Assembly: GCA_000146045.2 (NCBI GenBank)
Contig: BK006945.2
Coordinates: 736,001-800,000, forward strand
From: TPA_inf: Saccharomyces
Lineage: Eukaryota
Direction of reading: 5' to 3'
Length of the DNA: 64,000 nt
The notes under the pieces are model-generated. The model was not told the origin of the DNA, ran no database searches, and was given only the letters and a program-made list of their open reading frames with translations. The stretch's first letter is position 1. Each line of letters begins with the position of its first letter. Made by a program: the position numbers and the translations under genes. This document shows positions 45,380 through 55,806 of this stretch, one piece after another.

Positions 45380-46173
45380 TTTTCCTTGATATTTTGTCGT
45401 ACTATATTCAACCTGAAATAAAAAACTAACAGTTGAAATATTTCTACATTGAAATTAGAAAATTTAATTCTTTAGATTGAAGATTCAATATTGTGCAAAA
45501 GCGTACAGCAGCAATCACGACTCTACATGCCATAGAGCTTGGAAAACTCTCCATAATTTTCCACTCGAACGTATGATGCTCCGTCTATTTTTTTCAACAG
45601 TTGCACGGACGAGTCCTCCTTTTCGCAAGGCATTTTAATTGTGTGGGTTTATGAAAATGCACGGATGCATTTTCTCTAGATGAAAATTCCGTCTTGGAAT
45701 AATATCGGAATGAGCTAAAAGAACACCAGTACGCGAATATGTGAGATGCCCTGTTTTGTCACATAACAGCGGCAGTTAATTTGGCGTCTTTTCTGGGAAG
45801 CGAGTTTATTTGGCAAGGCTATGATGTTTTATAATACTAATCACGCATTGCAACTTCACAAAGTAGTTGTGACATGTGGATGTAATAGCGTTACTTTTCT
45901 TTTTGTTTATTGCTATTTGTTTCTATTTTCTTTTTTTAAATCGCGCTAATACGTGGAAAAATGCGTAGAAGCCGGGAATGGGACGTGATTATGAGATCAT
46001 AACATGACTGCGAGCTAGAGAGCATTGGAAGAATTTGCTTTTTTGTTCAGTTCCCTACTCATATATTTGTTTCATAGAAGTCGTAGTATACGTGAGACAA
46101 GAGCACTTGAAAATAAATCTTGGATCTGCTGGGAGCAATATCATCAAGTAAAATAAGGGGGAAACCATATCAA

Positions 46174-46896
46174 ATGTCAGGGTTCATTAAGAGCACGTTG
46201 CTTGGTCTAGGCCAAGATTACTTAGAAGATCAATATCAAGAGTTCGCAGAACAGCATTTCCAGCCAACCAGGGATCCGTTTTATGAAACGAATAAAGATG
46301 GTAAAAAGCACCGCCGCAGACTGCCATATTATTGCACTAAGGATGAAAGTAAAGCGTGGAAAAAGGTCCAAAACAAAGCCTGGCTGCATGACAAATCACT
46401 GTGCGGATGCTGTTGCTGGACAAACACTATAGGATGGGCACCATTACTTGCACTTCTACCGGTTATAGGACCCTTATTGATGTATTGGGTGCATGATAAG
46501 TTGATTGAATTGGCAGATGACAGGTATAAATTGCCTGCGGAAATCAAGGTGAAGATGCATGGTAATATCGTTATCGATTTACTTATTAGTTTAGTTCCTA
46601 TTCTGGGAAGTGTTTTTGCATGGTTGCACGCATGTTCCACGAGAAACGCAGCTATAGTTTACAATTTTGTTGGAAAAAGGGCATTGGAAAGAAAGCAAGC
46701 GGAGCTCATGCATCAAAAAGAAGAAAATGAGAAACATTCCAATGCCAATACTGCACCTCCAGTAGTTGGTGGCAACAAAAATGTGAATGGAAACAGAAAT
46801 AATAGTAAAATGTATAACAGACCGCCTGTGACAGCTCCACCTGCACCAGCATACACGCGCAGTACTAACGGTCGCCCCCAAAGAGGTTACAGGTGA
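46174..46896 (+). CDS. Uncharacterised 240-aa protein (YLR326W). It has two predicted transmembrane helices and a Cys-rich CGCCCW motif.
   Basis: First ATG at 46174 (MSGFIKSTLL...). Hydrophobic segments WAPLLALLPVIGPLLMYWV and IDLLISLVPILGSVFAWL. N/P-rich tail. Confidence 0.8.
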   Translation: MSGFIKSTLLGLGQDYLEDQYQEFAEQHFQPTRDPFYETNKDGKKHRRRLPYYCTKDESKAWKKVQNKAWLHDKSLCGCCCWTNTIGWAPLLALLPVIGPLLMYWVHDKLIELADDRYKLPAEIKVKMHGNIVIDLLISLVPILGSVFAWLHACSTRNAAIVYNFVGKRALERKQAELMHQKEENEKHSNANTAPPVVGGNKNVNGNRNNSKMYNRPPVTAPPAPAYTRSTNGRPQRGYR

Positions 46897-47126
46897 ACAA
46901 ACCGGCCACGGTAAGGCTACATTCTTATCAACAAATATGGGCAATCAAAAACTTATAATGTAAATTTTATTTTTTATCGTAAACATGTATTTAAGAAGTA
47001 ATATAAAGGATGTTTGACATGATCATTTTATATATGCATACACGTTATTGAAGTTATATGGTCGTTAAATCATTAAAAGGCCCGTTTCTTTGAAATATGC
47101 TAACGGAATCAAACCGGTCGGGTCGG

Positions 47127-47387
47127 TTAGATGTGGTATTGTTGCAAATCAGAAAGCCTTCTTTCATTGTTTTGGGAGTTAGAGCCCCTTCTGGTCTTGT
47201 TGAAGACTGTCTTAATTTCGCCAGAATCGATTAAGTCATTAATCTCATCGCCAGGCTTGCCCCAATTGCCTTTCCCATAGCCTCCTCTCTTGACGTGGTT
47301 GGGAGACTCCCCAAAGTTGCCGTTATGGGTGAAATACTTTGGGTTAGACTTTGCTTCGTGGACTGTCCATTTGCTAGTTCTGGTCAT
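47127..47387 (-). CDS. TMA10: Tma10, 86 aa, a Stf2-family ribosome-associated stress protein.
   Basis: MTRTSKWTVHEAKSNPKYF...GYGKGNWGKPGDEINDL, 86 aa. Confidence 0.9.
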   Translation of the reverse strand: MTRTSKWTVHEAKSNPKYFTHNGNFGESPNHVKRGGYGKGNWGKPGDEINDLIDSGEIKTVFNKTRRGSNSQNNERRLSDLQQYHI

Positions 47388-48353
47388 GTTTGAATTGTGT
47401 TTGTGTTAGAAATTTGTGTGCTTTAATGTTATGTTATAATGAAATCTTATTAGATTTATTTAACGTTTTTGCTGTGCTTATAATAAACATTACATAATAA
47501 AAGGAGTAGAAGAAAGTGGTAGAGAGGAGTACAAATCTACCTGCCAGAACTCTCTCCTTATATATATTTCCAGTGGTGTCTGGATTACCTACCTCAAGCC
47601 ATACCATATCCATACCATATCCATAAACGCCTACAAAATTTCTACCCCAATCCAGCAGCTTCTATCACTATCTCGTATACCACCATAGGCACCACCACTG
47701 TTTGTGTAAATTTACTCCTGAGGGGGGGGTGGCTCAACACGGTGTAGGCCTTCTTCCCGCACAATCCGATGAAACCCCACAATCGCCTCCGTCTCTTCCA
47801 CTGTGCACGGCGCTAGCTCAACATCTTCCCCGCCACATTTACTGTGGCAAAGAAGGTGCATAATCTAAAAAAACATACGTATGAGAATGGAAAGGGCAAG
47901 ATAATATCGGACCGTAGTGAGTCACTTGCTTTTGGTATTGCAACCAACTGCCGCCCCTCTTCCCGCTCTTGCACCAAAACGCTAAATGCCCATTGTGATG
48001 GCTCATCCACCCTCACGACGAAGTAAGACCCGGGGCACAAGAAAATACGAGATCATAACAGTTCGAGTCCGTTTATTGTGTGCGGTTTTGGTACGCTTTT
48101 TCGTGAGGTGTACTACCATTCATGAGAGTCGTTTTAGGAGCTGTCATGAAAGATATGTATCTTGTTGATGAACTGTAAAAATTTGCAGAAATTGCGCTAT
48201 TCCGTTTATTTCATTGTCGATTCGGTGTTAATATTAGGGGTACAAAATATACTAGAAGTTCTCCCTCGAGGATATAGGAATGCGCAAATGGGCATTTGAT
48301 GTGACACAAAATTTGGACAATATAACGATTCATTTTTAGATCGTTGTTCAACC

Positions 48354-48453
48354 GTCCCAGTGGCCGAGTGGTTAAGGCGATGCCTGCTATTTCCTCAGAA
48401 AAGCAATTAGGCATTGGGTTTTACCTGCGCAGGTTCGAATCCTGTCTGTGACG
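48354..48453 (+). tRNA. tRNA-Ser with anticodon GCU, containing an intron. It is the class II (long variable arm) serine tRNA tS(GCU) type. The anticodon-loop geometry is unusual; see finding.
   Basis: Acceptor GTCCCAG/CTGTGAC plus discriminator G. D-arm GCCGAGTGGTTAAGGCG is identical to other serine tRNAs. Anticodon stem ATGCC/GGCAT, 14-nt variable arm TGGGTTTTACCTGC, T-arm GCAGG TTCGAAT CCTGT. GCT sits in the loop, followed by an intron of about 18 to 19 nt containing AGC complementary to the anticodon. A poly-T terminator follows. Confidence 0.85.
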
Positions 48454-48912
48454 CTTTTTTTAATTTCTTTACTCCATGACAAAAGCGGATAAAAATTCCC
48501 GCATTCGGCGTAAAAAAATCCGGTTTTTTTTTTAGCACTCGCTGTTTTTGCCTCTACCGGGTGAAAAATGACGATGAAGACGGCTGGAATTGCGCTGCAT
48601 CCGCTTACGTAGGATAGAACACCTACAAAGATTTACGAACTTTATTGCTCGAAGATTCGCTATCCATATCTTTTTAGTTTCCCCCCATTTCACAATGGGA
48701 TACCGTTGTTTTTTCTGTAGGTACGCTTTCTCATAGTTAATAGAGTCAGTAATTCATTTCATTTTTTGCAGAAAGGAATTTCTTCACCTAATTTAGAATT
48801 TCATCAACATTTATTGTATCTGCATGGTATAACAAATTAGAAAAATTTGGAAGGGAAAAAAAAACTGTTGCGTCAATTACTTATACCAGGGATAGAAAAA
48901 AAAAAAGGAAAC

Positions 48913-50118
48913 ATGGATCCCACAAGAGCTCCGGATTTCAAACCGCCATCTGCAGACGAGGAATTGATTCCTCCACCCGACCCGGAATCTAAAATTCCCA
49001 AATCTATTCCAATTATTCCATACGTCTTAGCCGATGCGAATTCCTCTATAGATGCACCTTTTAATATTAAGAGGAAGAAAAAGCATCCTAAGCATCATCA
49101 TCACCATCATCACAGTCGTAAAGAAGGCAATGATAAAAAACATCAGCATATTCCATTGAACCAAGACGACTTTCAACCACTTTCCGCAGAAGTGTCTTCC
49201 GAAGATGATGACGCGGATTTTAGATCCAAGGAGAGATACGGTTCAGATTCAACCACAGAATCAGAAACTAGAGGTGTTCAGAAATATCAGATTGCTGATT
49301 TAGAAGAAGTTCCACATGGAATCGTTCGTCAAGCAAGAACCTTGGAAGACTACGAATTCCCCTCACACAGATTATCGAAAAAATTACTGGATCCAAATAA
49401 ACTGCCGTTAGTAATAGTAGCATGTGGGTCTTTTTCACCAATCACCTACTTGCATCTAAGAATGTTTGAAATGGCTTTAGATGCAATCTCTGAACAAACA
49501 AGGTTTGAAGTCATAGGTGGATATTACTCCCCTGTTAGTGATAACTATCAAAAGCAAGGCTTGGCCCCATCCTACCATAGAGTACGTATGTGTGAATTGG
49601 CCTGCGAAAGAACCTCATCTTGGTTGATGGTGGATGCATGGGAGTCATTGCAACCTTCATACACAAGAACTGCCAAGGTCTTGGATCATTTCAATCACGA
49701 AATCAATATTAAGAGAGGTGGTGTAGCTACTGTTACTGGAGAAAAAATTGGTGTGAAAATAATGTTGCTGGCTGGTGGTGACCTAATAGAGTCAATGGGT
49801 GAACCAAACGTTTGGGCGGACGCCGATTTACATCACATTCTCGGTAATTACGGTTGTTTGATTGTCGAACGTACTGGTTCTGATGTAAGGTCTTTTTTGT
49901 TATCCCATGATATTATGTATGAACATAGAAGGAATATTCTTATCATCAAGCAACTCATCTATAATGATATTTCTTCCACGAAAGTTCGTCTATTTATCAG
50001 ACGCGCCATGTCTGTACAATATTTGTTACCTAATTCGGTCATCAGGTATATCCAAGAACATAGACTATATGTGGACCAAACCGAACCTGTTAAGCAAGTT
50101 CTTGGAAACAAAGAATGA
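48913..50118 (+). CDS. NMA1: Nicotinamide/nicotinate mononucleotide adenylyltransferase Nma1, 401 aa.
   Basis: First ATG at 48913 (MDPTRAPDF...). (H/T)xGH-type nucleotidyltransferase motif (VACGSFSPITYLHLRMFE) and a His7 run. Confidence 0.92.
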   Translation: MDPTRAPDFKPPSADEELIPPPDPESKIPKSIPIIPYVLADANSSIDAPFNIKRKKKHPKHHHHHHHSRKEGNDKKHQHIPLNQDDFQPLSAEVSSEDDDADFRSKERYGSDSTTESETRGVQKYQIADLEEVPHGIVRQARTLEDYEFPSHRLSKKLLDPNKLPLVIVACGSFSPITYLHLRMFEMALDAISEQTRFEVIGGYYSPVSDNYQKQGLAPSYHRVRMCELACERTSSWLMVDAWESLQPSYTRTAKVLDHFNHEINIKRGGVATVTGEKIGVKIMLLAGGDLIESMGEPNVWADADLHHILGNYGCLIVERTGSDVRSFLLSHDIMYEHRRNILIIKQLIYNDISSTKVRLFIRRAMSVQYLLPNSVIRYIQEHRLYVDQTEPVKQVLGNKE

Positions 50119-50441
50119 TTTGCCGTCCGGAATTGCTTCGTTCTTTCTTTCATCTTTCTCTTTACAATTTCCAATTTTCCCCTACAGGAATTAATTGGAG
50201 GGTACAAGCGAGTAGAAATGTGACATATGACTTACCTATCTGTGTTTTAGTATAGTTTTTTTTTCTGTAGTATAATTCACTTTTACACTAATTTTTTCGC
50301 CTTTTTCTCTTAAAGAGCTAATTTCTATAACCTTCAGCGGTTATACCAAATATAAAAAATGGAAGGAAAACAAACAGTAAGAAATAAGCGCAACAGCACG
50401 TTAGTTCACCATTGGATTCCAACATTTCAAAATTTAATCTA

Positions 50442-51333
50442 ATGGCAAGAGATATCACATTTTTGACCGTATTTTTAGAAAGTTGTGGCGCTGTAAATAA
50501 TGATGAGGCAGGAAAATTGTTATCTGCTTGGACTTCAACCGTACGCATTGAGGGACCGGAATCAACCGACTCTAATTCATTATATATTCCACTGCTACCA
50601 CCTGGAATGTTGAAAGTATGTTTCTCCTAGCAAAATTAAAACCCATCCGTGAATGAAGCGTTACTAACTATAATAACTGGTAGCTTTGTCACTCGTACCA
50701 GGAAAAGTGAAGATTAAACTGAATTTTAAAATGAACGATCGATTAGTTACGGAAGAGCAAGAGTTGTTTACAAAATTGCGCGAGATTGTAGGTTCAAGTA
50801 TTCGCTTTTGGGAGGAACAACTGTTTTATCAAGTTCAAGATGTAAGCACCATAGAAAACCACGTCATTCTCAGTTTAAAATGTACAATTTTAACGGATGC
50901 TCAGATAAGTACGTTCATAAGCAAACCCAGAGAGCTTCATACGCATGCCAAAGGATATCCTGAAATCTATTACCTTTCCGAGTTATCAACAACTGTCAAT
51001 TTTTTTTCTAAAGAGGGAAACTATGTCGAAATAAGCCAGGTTATTCCTCATTTTAATGAATATTTTTCCTCTTTAATAGTGTCTCAATTGGAATTTGAAT
51101 ACCCGATGGTCTTCTCCATGATTTCAAGGCTCCGATTGAAGTGGCAACAAAGTTCGCTCGCTCCGATATCCTACGCCCTAACGAGCAATTCAGTACTTCT
51201 TCCAATAATGCTTAACATGATTGCCCAAGACAAATCTTCAACAACCGCGTATCAAATTCTGTGTCGAAGAAGAGGTCCTCCAATTCAGAATTTTCAAATT
51301 TTTTCCTTACCGGCTGTAACGTACAATAAGTAG
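50442..51333 (+). CDS. REC102: Meiotic double-strand-break protein Rec102, 264 aa. One intron: join(50442..50615,50713..51333).
   Basis: ATG at 50442 (MARDITFLTVFLESCGAVNN...GMLK). Then GTATGT at 50616, TACTAAC at 50662..50668, and a 3' splice site GTGAAG at 50707..50712. Exon 2 starts IKLNFKMNDR. The sum is 795 nt = 264 aa + stop. Confidence 0.88.
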
Positions 51334-51663
51334 CATGCATAAAATATAATTTAATCAAATACTTTTGGGCAATTAAAATTTTAGTTAACAATAGTTATGC
51401 AATGCGCTTTATGTTCATATGATACCGTTTATAAGCTATTGCCATATCCTTATCTTATTGCTTCCAGTAGCCTCGAGTCGACCACTAAAAAGATGTCACT
51501 TAAGACGGAAATTATGTAGCTGCACTTCTTTTTTAACAAGTTCGGTCGGCCCTTCAAGTTCTCCTTTCTAAAGCCTCATTATTTATTGCGTAGATGCTAA
51601 ATGTTATCGCGGTTTAGCTTGCATGTTACGTTTCCGTTTTAGAACCTGGTCGAGTAGCGAATA

Positions 51664-53679
51664 ATGTCTTCAGTTGATGTACTGTTAACAGTAGGTAAGT
51701 TGGATGCCTCATTGGCGTTACTGACTACTCAGGATCATCATGTTATTGAGTTTCCTACAGTATTATTACCAGAAAATGTTAAAGCTGGATCTATCATAAA
51801 AATGCAAGTTTCACAAAATTTAGAGGAGGAAAAAAAACAAAGGAATCATTTTAAGAGTATACAAGCCAAAATTTTGGAGAAGTATGGTACCCATAAACCG
51901 GAGAGCCCAGTTTTGAAAATTGTTAACGTTACGCAAACGAGCTGTGTTCTAGCATGGGATCCATTGAAACTTGGCTCAGCAAAATTGAAATCACTGATCC
52001 TTTATAGGAAGGGAATACGTTCAATGGTAATTCCAAATCCATTCAAAGTGACTACCACGAAAATATCCGGTCTTTCCGTTGATACGCCATACGAATTTCA
52101 ATTGAAACTGATAACCACGTCAGGAACATTATGGTCTGAAAAGGTTATATTGCGTACACATAAGATGACTGACATGTCTGGTATCACTGTATGTTTGGGT
52201 CCATTGGATCCATTGAAAGAAATTTCAGACTTACAGATATCCCAATGTTTGTCTCACATCGGGGCGAGACCTTTACAACGTCATGTTGCGATAGATACTA
52301 CGCATTTTGTCTGTAACGATCTAGACAATGAAGAAAGCAATGAAGAGCTTATAAGGGCAAAACATAACAACATACCAATTGTCAGACCGGAATGGGTGAG
52401 AGCTTGTGAGGTTGAGAAAAGAATCGTTGGTGTTAGAGGATTTTACTTAGATGCAGATCAAAGTATACTGAAAAACTACACATTCCCACCAGTTAATGAG
52501 GAAGAACTTTCGTACTCAAAGGAGAATGAGCCGGTAGCCGAAGTAGCGGATGAAAATAAGATGCCCGAGGACACAACAGATGTCGAACAGGTTGCATCAC
52601 CTAATGACAATGAGAGTAATCCTTCAGAAGCTAAGGAACAAGGAGAAAAGAGTGGACATGAAACTGCCCCAGTAAGTCCTGTAGAAGATCCATTGCATGC
52701 TTCGACGGCTTTGGAGAATGAAACCACCATCGAAACCGTCAACCCCTCCGTAAGAAGTTTGAAAAGCGAACCTGTTGGTACTCCCAATATAGAGGAAAAC
52801 AAAGCGGACTCTTCCGCAGAAGCCGTGGTAGAAGAACCGAATGAAGCTGTGGCTGAAAGTTCTCCAAATGAAGAAGCAACGGGACAGAAAAGTGAGGATA
52901 CCGATACACATTCTAACGAACAAGCTGATAATGGATTTGTACAGACTGAAGAAGTAGCTGAAAACAACATAACCACAGAAAGTGCAGGGGAAAATAACGA
53001 ACCTGCAGATGATGCAGCAATGGAATTTGGACGTCCAGAAGCTGAAATTGAAACTCCAGAAGTAAATGAGTCTATAGAAGATGCCAATGAACCTGCGGAG
53101 GATTCCAATGAACCTGTGGAGGATTCCAACAAACCTGTGAAGGATTCCAACAAACCTGTGGAGGATTCCAACAAACCTGTGGAGGATTCCAACAAACCTG
53201 TGGAGGATTCCAACAAACCTGTGGAGGATGCCAATGAACCTGTGGAAGATACCAGTGAACCTGTGGAGGATGCCGGTGAACCCGTACAAGAAACCAACGA
53301 GTTTACTACCGACATTGCCTCTCCAAGACATCAAGAAGAAGATATAGAACTTGAAGCCGAACCTAAAGATGCTACCGAAAGTGTTGCAGTCGAGCCATCC
53401 AATGAAGATGTAAAACCAGAAGAAAAAGGTTCAGAGGCAGAAGACGATATCAACAACGTTTCCAAGGAGGCTGCCTCTGGTGAGAGTACTACCCACCAAA
53501 AAACTGAGGCCTCTGCTTCTCTTGAAAGCAGTGCCGTCACGGAAGAACAAGAGACAACGGAAGCCGAAGTAAATACAGATGACGTTTTGTCCACTAAAGA
53601 AGCTAAAAAAAATACTGGCAACAGCAACAGTAATAAGAAGAAGAATAAGAAGAATAAGAAGAAAGGGAAAAAGAAATGA
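51664..53679 (+). CDS. CHS5: Exomer component Chs5, 671 aa. It has N-terminal FN3/BRCT-like regions and an acidic C-terminal half built from 7-aa repeats with a Lys-rich tail.
   Basis: ATG at 51664 and length 671. A run of about ten EDSNKPV-type heptapeptide repeats and the tail KKKNKKNKKKGKKK. Confidence 0.93.
   Translation: MSSVDVLLTVGKLDASLALLTTQDHHVIEFPTVLLPENVKAGSIIKMQVSQNLEEEKKQRNHFKSIQAKILEKYGTHKPESPVLKIVNVTQTSCVLAWDPLKLGSAKLKSLILYRKGIRSMVIPNPFKVTTTKISGLSVDTPYEFQLKLITTSGTLWSEKVILRTHKMTDMSGITVCLGPLDPLKEISDLQISQCLSHIGARPLQRHVAIDTTHFVCNDLDNEESNEELIRAKHNNIPIVRPEWVRACEVEKRIVGVRGFYLDADQSILKNYTFPPVNEEELSYSKENEPVAEVADENKMPEDTTDVEQVASPNDNESNPSEAKEQGEKSGHETAPVSPVEDPLHASTALENETTIETVNPSVRSLKSEPVGTPNIEENKADSSAEAVVEEPNEAVAESSPNEEATGQKSEDTDTHSNEQADNGFVQTEEVAENNITTESAGENNEPADDAAMEFGRPEAEIETPEVNESIEDANEPAEDSNEPVEDSNKPVKDSNKPVEDSNKPVEDSNKPVEDSNKPVEDANEPVEDTSEPVEDAGEPVQETNEFTTDIASPRHQEEDIELEAEPKDATESVAVEPSNEDVKPEEKGSEAEDDINNVSKEAASGESTTHQKTEASASLESSAVTEEQETTEAEVNTDDVLSTKEAKKNTGNSNSNKKKNKKNKKKGKKK
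53077..53289 (+). repeat. In-frame 21-bp tandem repeat, about 10 copies, inside CHS5 (GAGGATTCCAACAAACCTGTG and variants).
   Basis: Direct reading shows a near-perfect 21-nt periodicity encoding EDSNKPV / EDANEPV units. Confidence 0.9.
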
Positions 53680-54675
53680 TTAATGGATGCCTTCAATGAG
53701 TTCCACGACGCACGTTTATTTTTTCGACTGAGAATCCCTCAGCAAATATAATCTATTTTTTATATATCTGTGTATATGTAAGCATGTATAACTAGTTACA
53801 AATATGATAACTGCTTTGGCGATCACTTCATTTTCTTGAGAGGGGTACTCAGTAGCCGCCAAGCACGAAATGTCCGTTATTAAAAATTGGGGAGTGAATC
53901 TTAAAAGCCCGAAAAGGAAATTCAAAATCTGTCTATTTATAGGCCGTCGCGCTCTACGAAAACGCGAAATTATTCAAACGGAAAACGGAAAAAAATCTAA
54001 AAAAAGAAATTAATTGAGAGATCTCACGGAAATGCCGCGAGGAATGTTTCTCGAGGCTGAGCGGCGTGGTCTGTGCAAAAAAATGGCAATTTTTTTGTAG
54101 GAGTTTGCATTGGGCCATTCAGAAGGAGCACCGTTAGATGGGATGGTAAATGAATTTGCTGTTTCAGATTTGAATCAATCTTTACCCGTTATTTTTGCCG
54201 TTTTGCTTTCATAATCTGCAAATTAACAAAGTCATAAAGAACATAAAGACATCACCCCAGTTTTTACACTCTTTTTTCCTGTGTTTGGTTTAGCACAACT
54301 TTCCAATAACCAAGTTGGTTTCAGATCATCCCCATATTATTTTCTAGTTTCATTTACTTACCAAACTCACCATTCAAGGCTTTCAAATTAAGTTACGAGT
54401 ACAGTGGACCATTTTTTTCTGATTCTTCATATTTTCCGTTATAAGTCTTATAAGGAAGGTATACATTTATATTGCGAATTTGAAAAATAATTTAAAGCTG
54501 ACTTTGCGTTTTAGGTAGGCTAGAAAAGAATACAACTATCCCTAAACACATTCTAGATTCACGAAGACGCCTCTGCCTCAAAGACATACTATATTTTTAC
54601 TCTCGTTGAACAAATAGTACCATTATTTCGCTACTTTCGTTGAAGATTGGACATATAAAATACGCAAATCATAGT

Positions 54676-55806
54676 ATGTTGTCTTTCACAACCAAGAATA
54701 GTTTCCGCTTATTACTTTTAATACTGTCATGCATATCGACGATACGCGCACAATTTTTCGTGCAATCATCATCTTCGAATTCTTCAGCAGTATCTACTGC
54801 ACGTTCTTCCGTAAGTAGAGTTAGTTCTTCAAGTTCCATTTTGTCATCCAGTATGGTTTCTTCCTCAAGTGCTGACTCATCTTCCCTTACTTCATCGACA
54901 TCAAGTAGGTCCCTCGTGTCACATACGAGTTCGTCTACCAGCATTGCCTCCATATCGTTCACATCATTCAGTTTCTCATCAGATTCAAGCACCAGCAGCT
55001 CTTCCTCTGCTTCTTCAGATTCTTCATCCTCCTCATCCTTTTCCATCTCTTCGACATCCGCAACTTCTGAATCATCGACGTCTTCTACGCAAACGTCAAC
55101 ATCATCTTCATCCTCACTGTCGTCAACGCCGTCCTCTTCATCATCCCCATCAACAATCACTTCTGCACCTTCAACCTCCTCCACACCATCCACTACTGCC
55201 TATAATCAAGGAAGCACTATCACCAGTATTATTAACGGTAAGACGATTCTCTCAAATCATTATACTACCGTTACGTACACACCATCAGCAACCGCTGATT
55301 CAAGCAATAAATCCAAAAGTTCGGGTCTTTCTAAAAAAAATAGAAACATCGTCATTGGTTGTGTGGTTGGTATTGGTGTACCACTGATTCTGGTGATACT
55401 GGCTTTAATTTACATGTTTTGTATCCAATCATCAAGGACGGACTTTATTGACTCAGATGGTAAGGTCGTTACGGCATATAGAGCTAACAAATTTACGAAA
55501 TGGTGGTATATGCTTTTGGGTAAGAAAGTTAGTGATGAATACCACTCCGATTCACCATTAGGTGGTAGTGCATCGTCCGCAGGTGGTTTAGACCTAGATG
55601 AAGCAGATGATGTGATGGAGCAAAGCTCCCTTTTCGACGTCAGAATAAGAGATAGCGATAGCGTATTACCAAACGCCAACACCGCCGACCATAATAATAC
55701 CAATAGCGGTGGAGAGCCTATAAATAGTAGCGTTGCGTCAAATGACATAATAGAAGAAAAATTCTATGATGAACAAGGTAACGAATTATCACCACGAAAT
55801 TATTAA
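54676..55806 (+). CDS. MID2: Cell-wall stress sensor Mid2, 376 aa. It has a signal peptide, a long Ser/Thr-rich O-mannosylated ectodomain, one transmembrane helix and a cytoplasmic tail.
   Basis: First ATG at 54676 ([25 protein letters not shown]). About 200 residues of serine-dominated low complexity, then [24 protein letters not shown]. The antisense ORF at 54669..55193 is a low-complexity artefact corresponding to dubious YLR331C. Confidence 0.92.

Noticed and set aside
47560-47720. CCATA(C/T)CATATCCATA short repeats and a G8 run downstream of TMA10
   Set aside because: Short and imperfect with no second copy or flanking structure; treated as simple low-complexity promoter/terminator sequence.
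48380-48400. Reading the tRNA-Ser anticodon as CUA (amber suppressor) by straight position counting
   Set aside because: GCT followed by A, an intron containing the complementary AGC, and the family context all indicate a GCU serine tRNA. The CUA reading only arises if the loop really is one nucleotide short, and is kept as a hypothesis in the finding.
50320-50350. TTCAGCGGTTAT upstream of REC102 as a URS1 (Ume6) site
   Set aside because: It only partially matches the TCGGCGGCTA consensus (it lacks the GGCGGC core), so it is not called as a feature.
52476-53334. Two long minus-strand ORFs (279 aa and 236 aa) made of SSTG and GILHRF repeats
   Set aside because: They are reverse-strand readings of the CHS5 21-bp repeat array. 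Repeat periodicity keeps the frames open artefactually.
54669-55387. Antisense (174 aa) and alternate-frame (172 aa) ORFs inside MID2
   Set aside because: They are produced by the serine-codon low-complexity region of MID2 and correspond at best to a dubious ORF (YLR331C-like). No independent signal.
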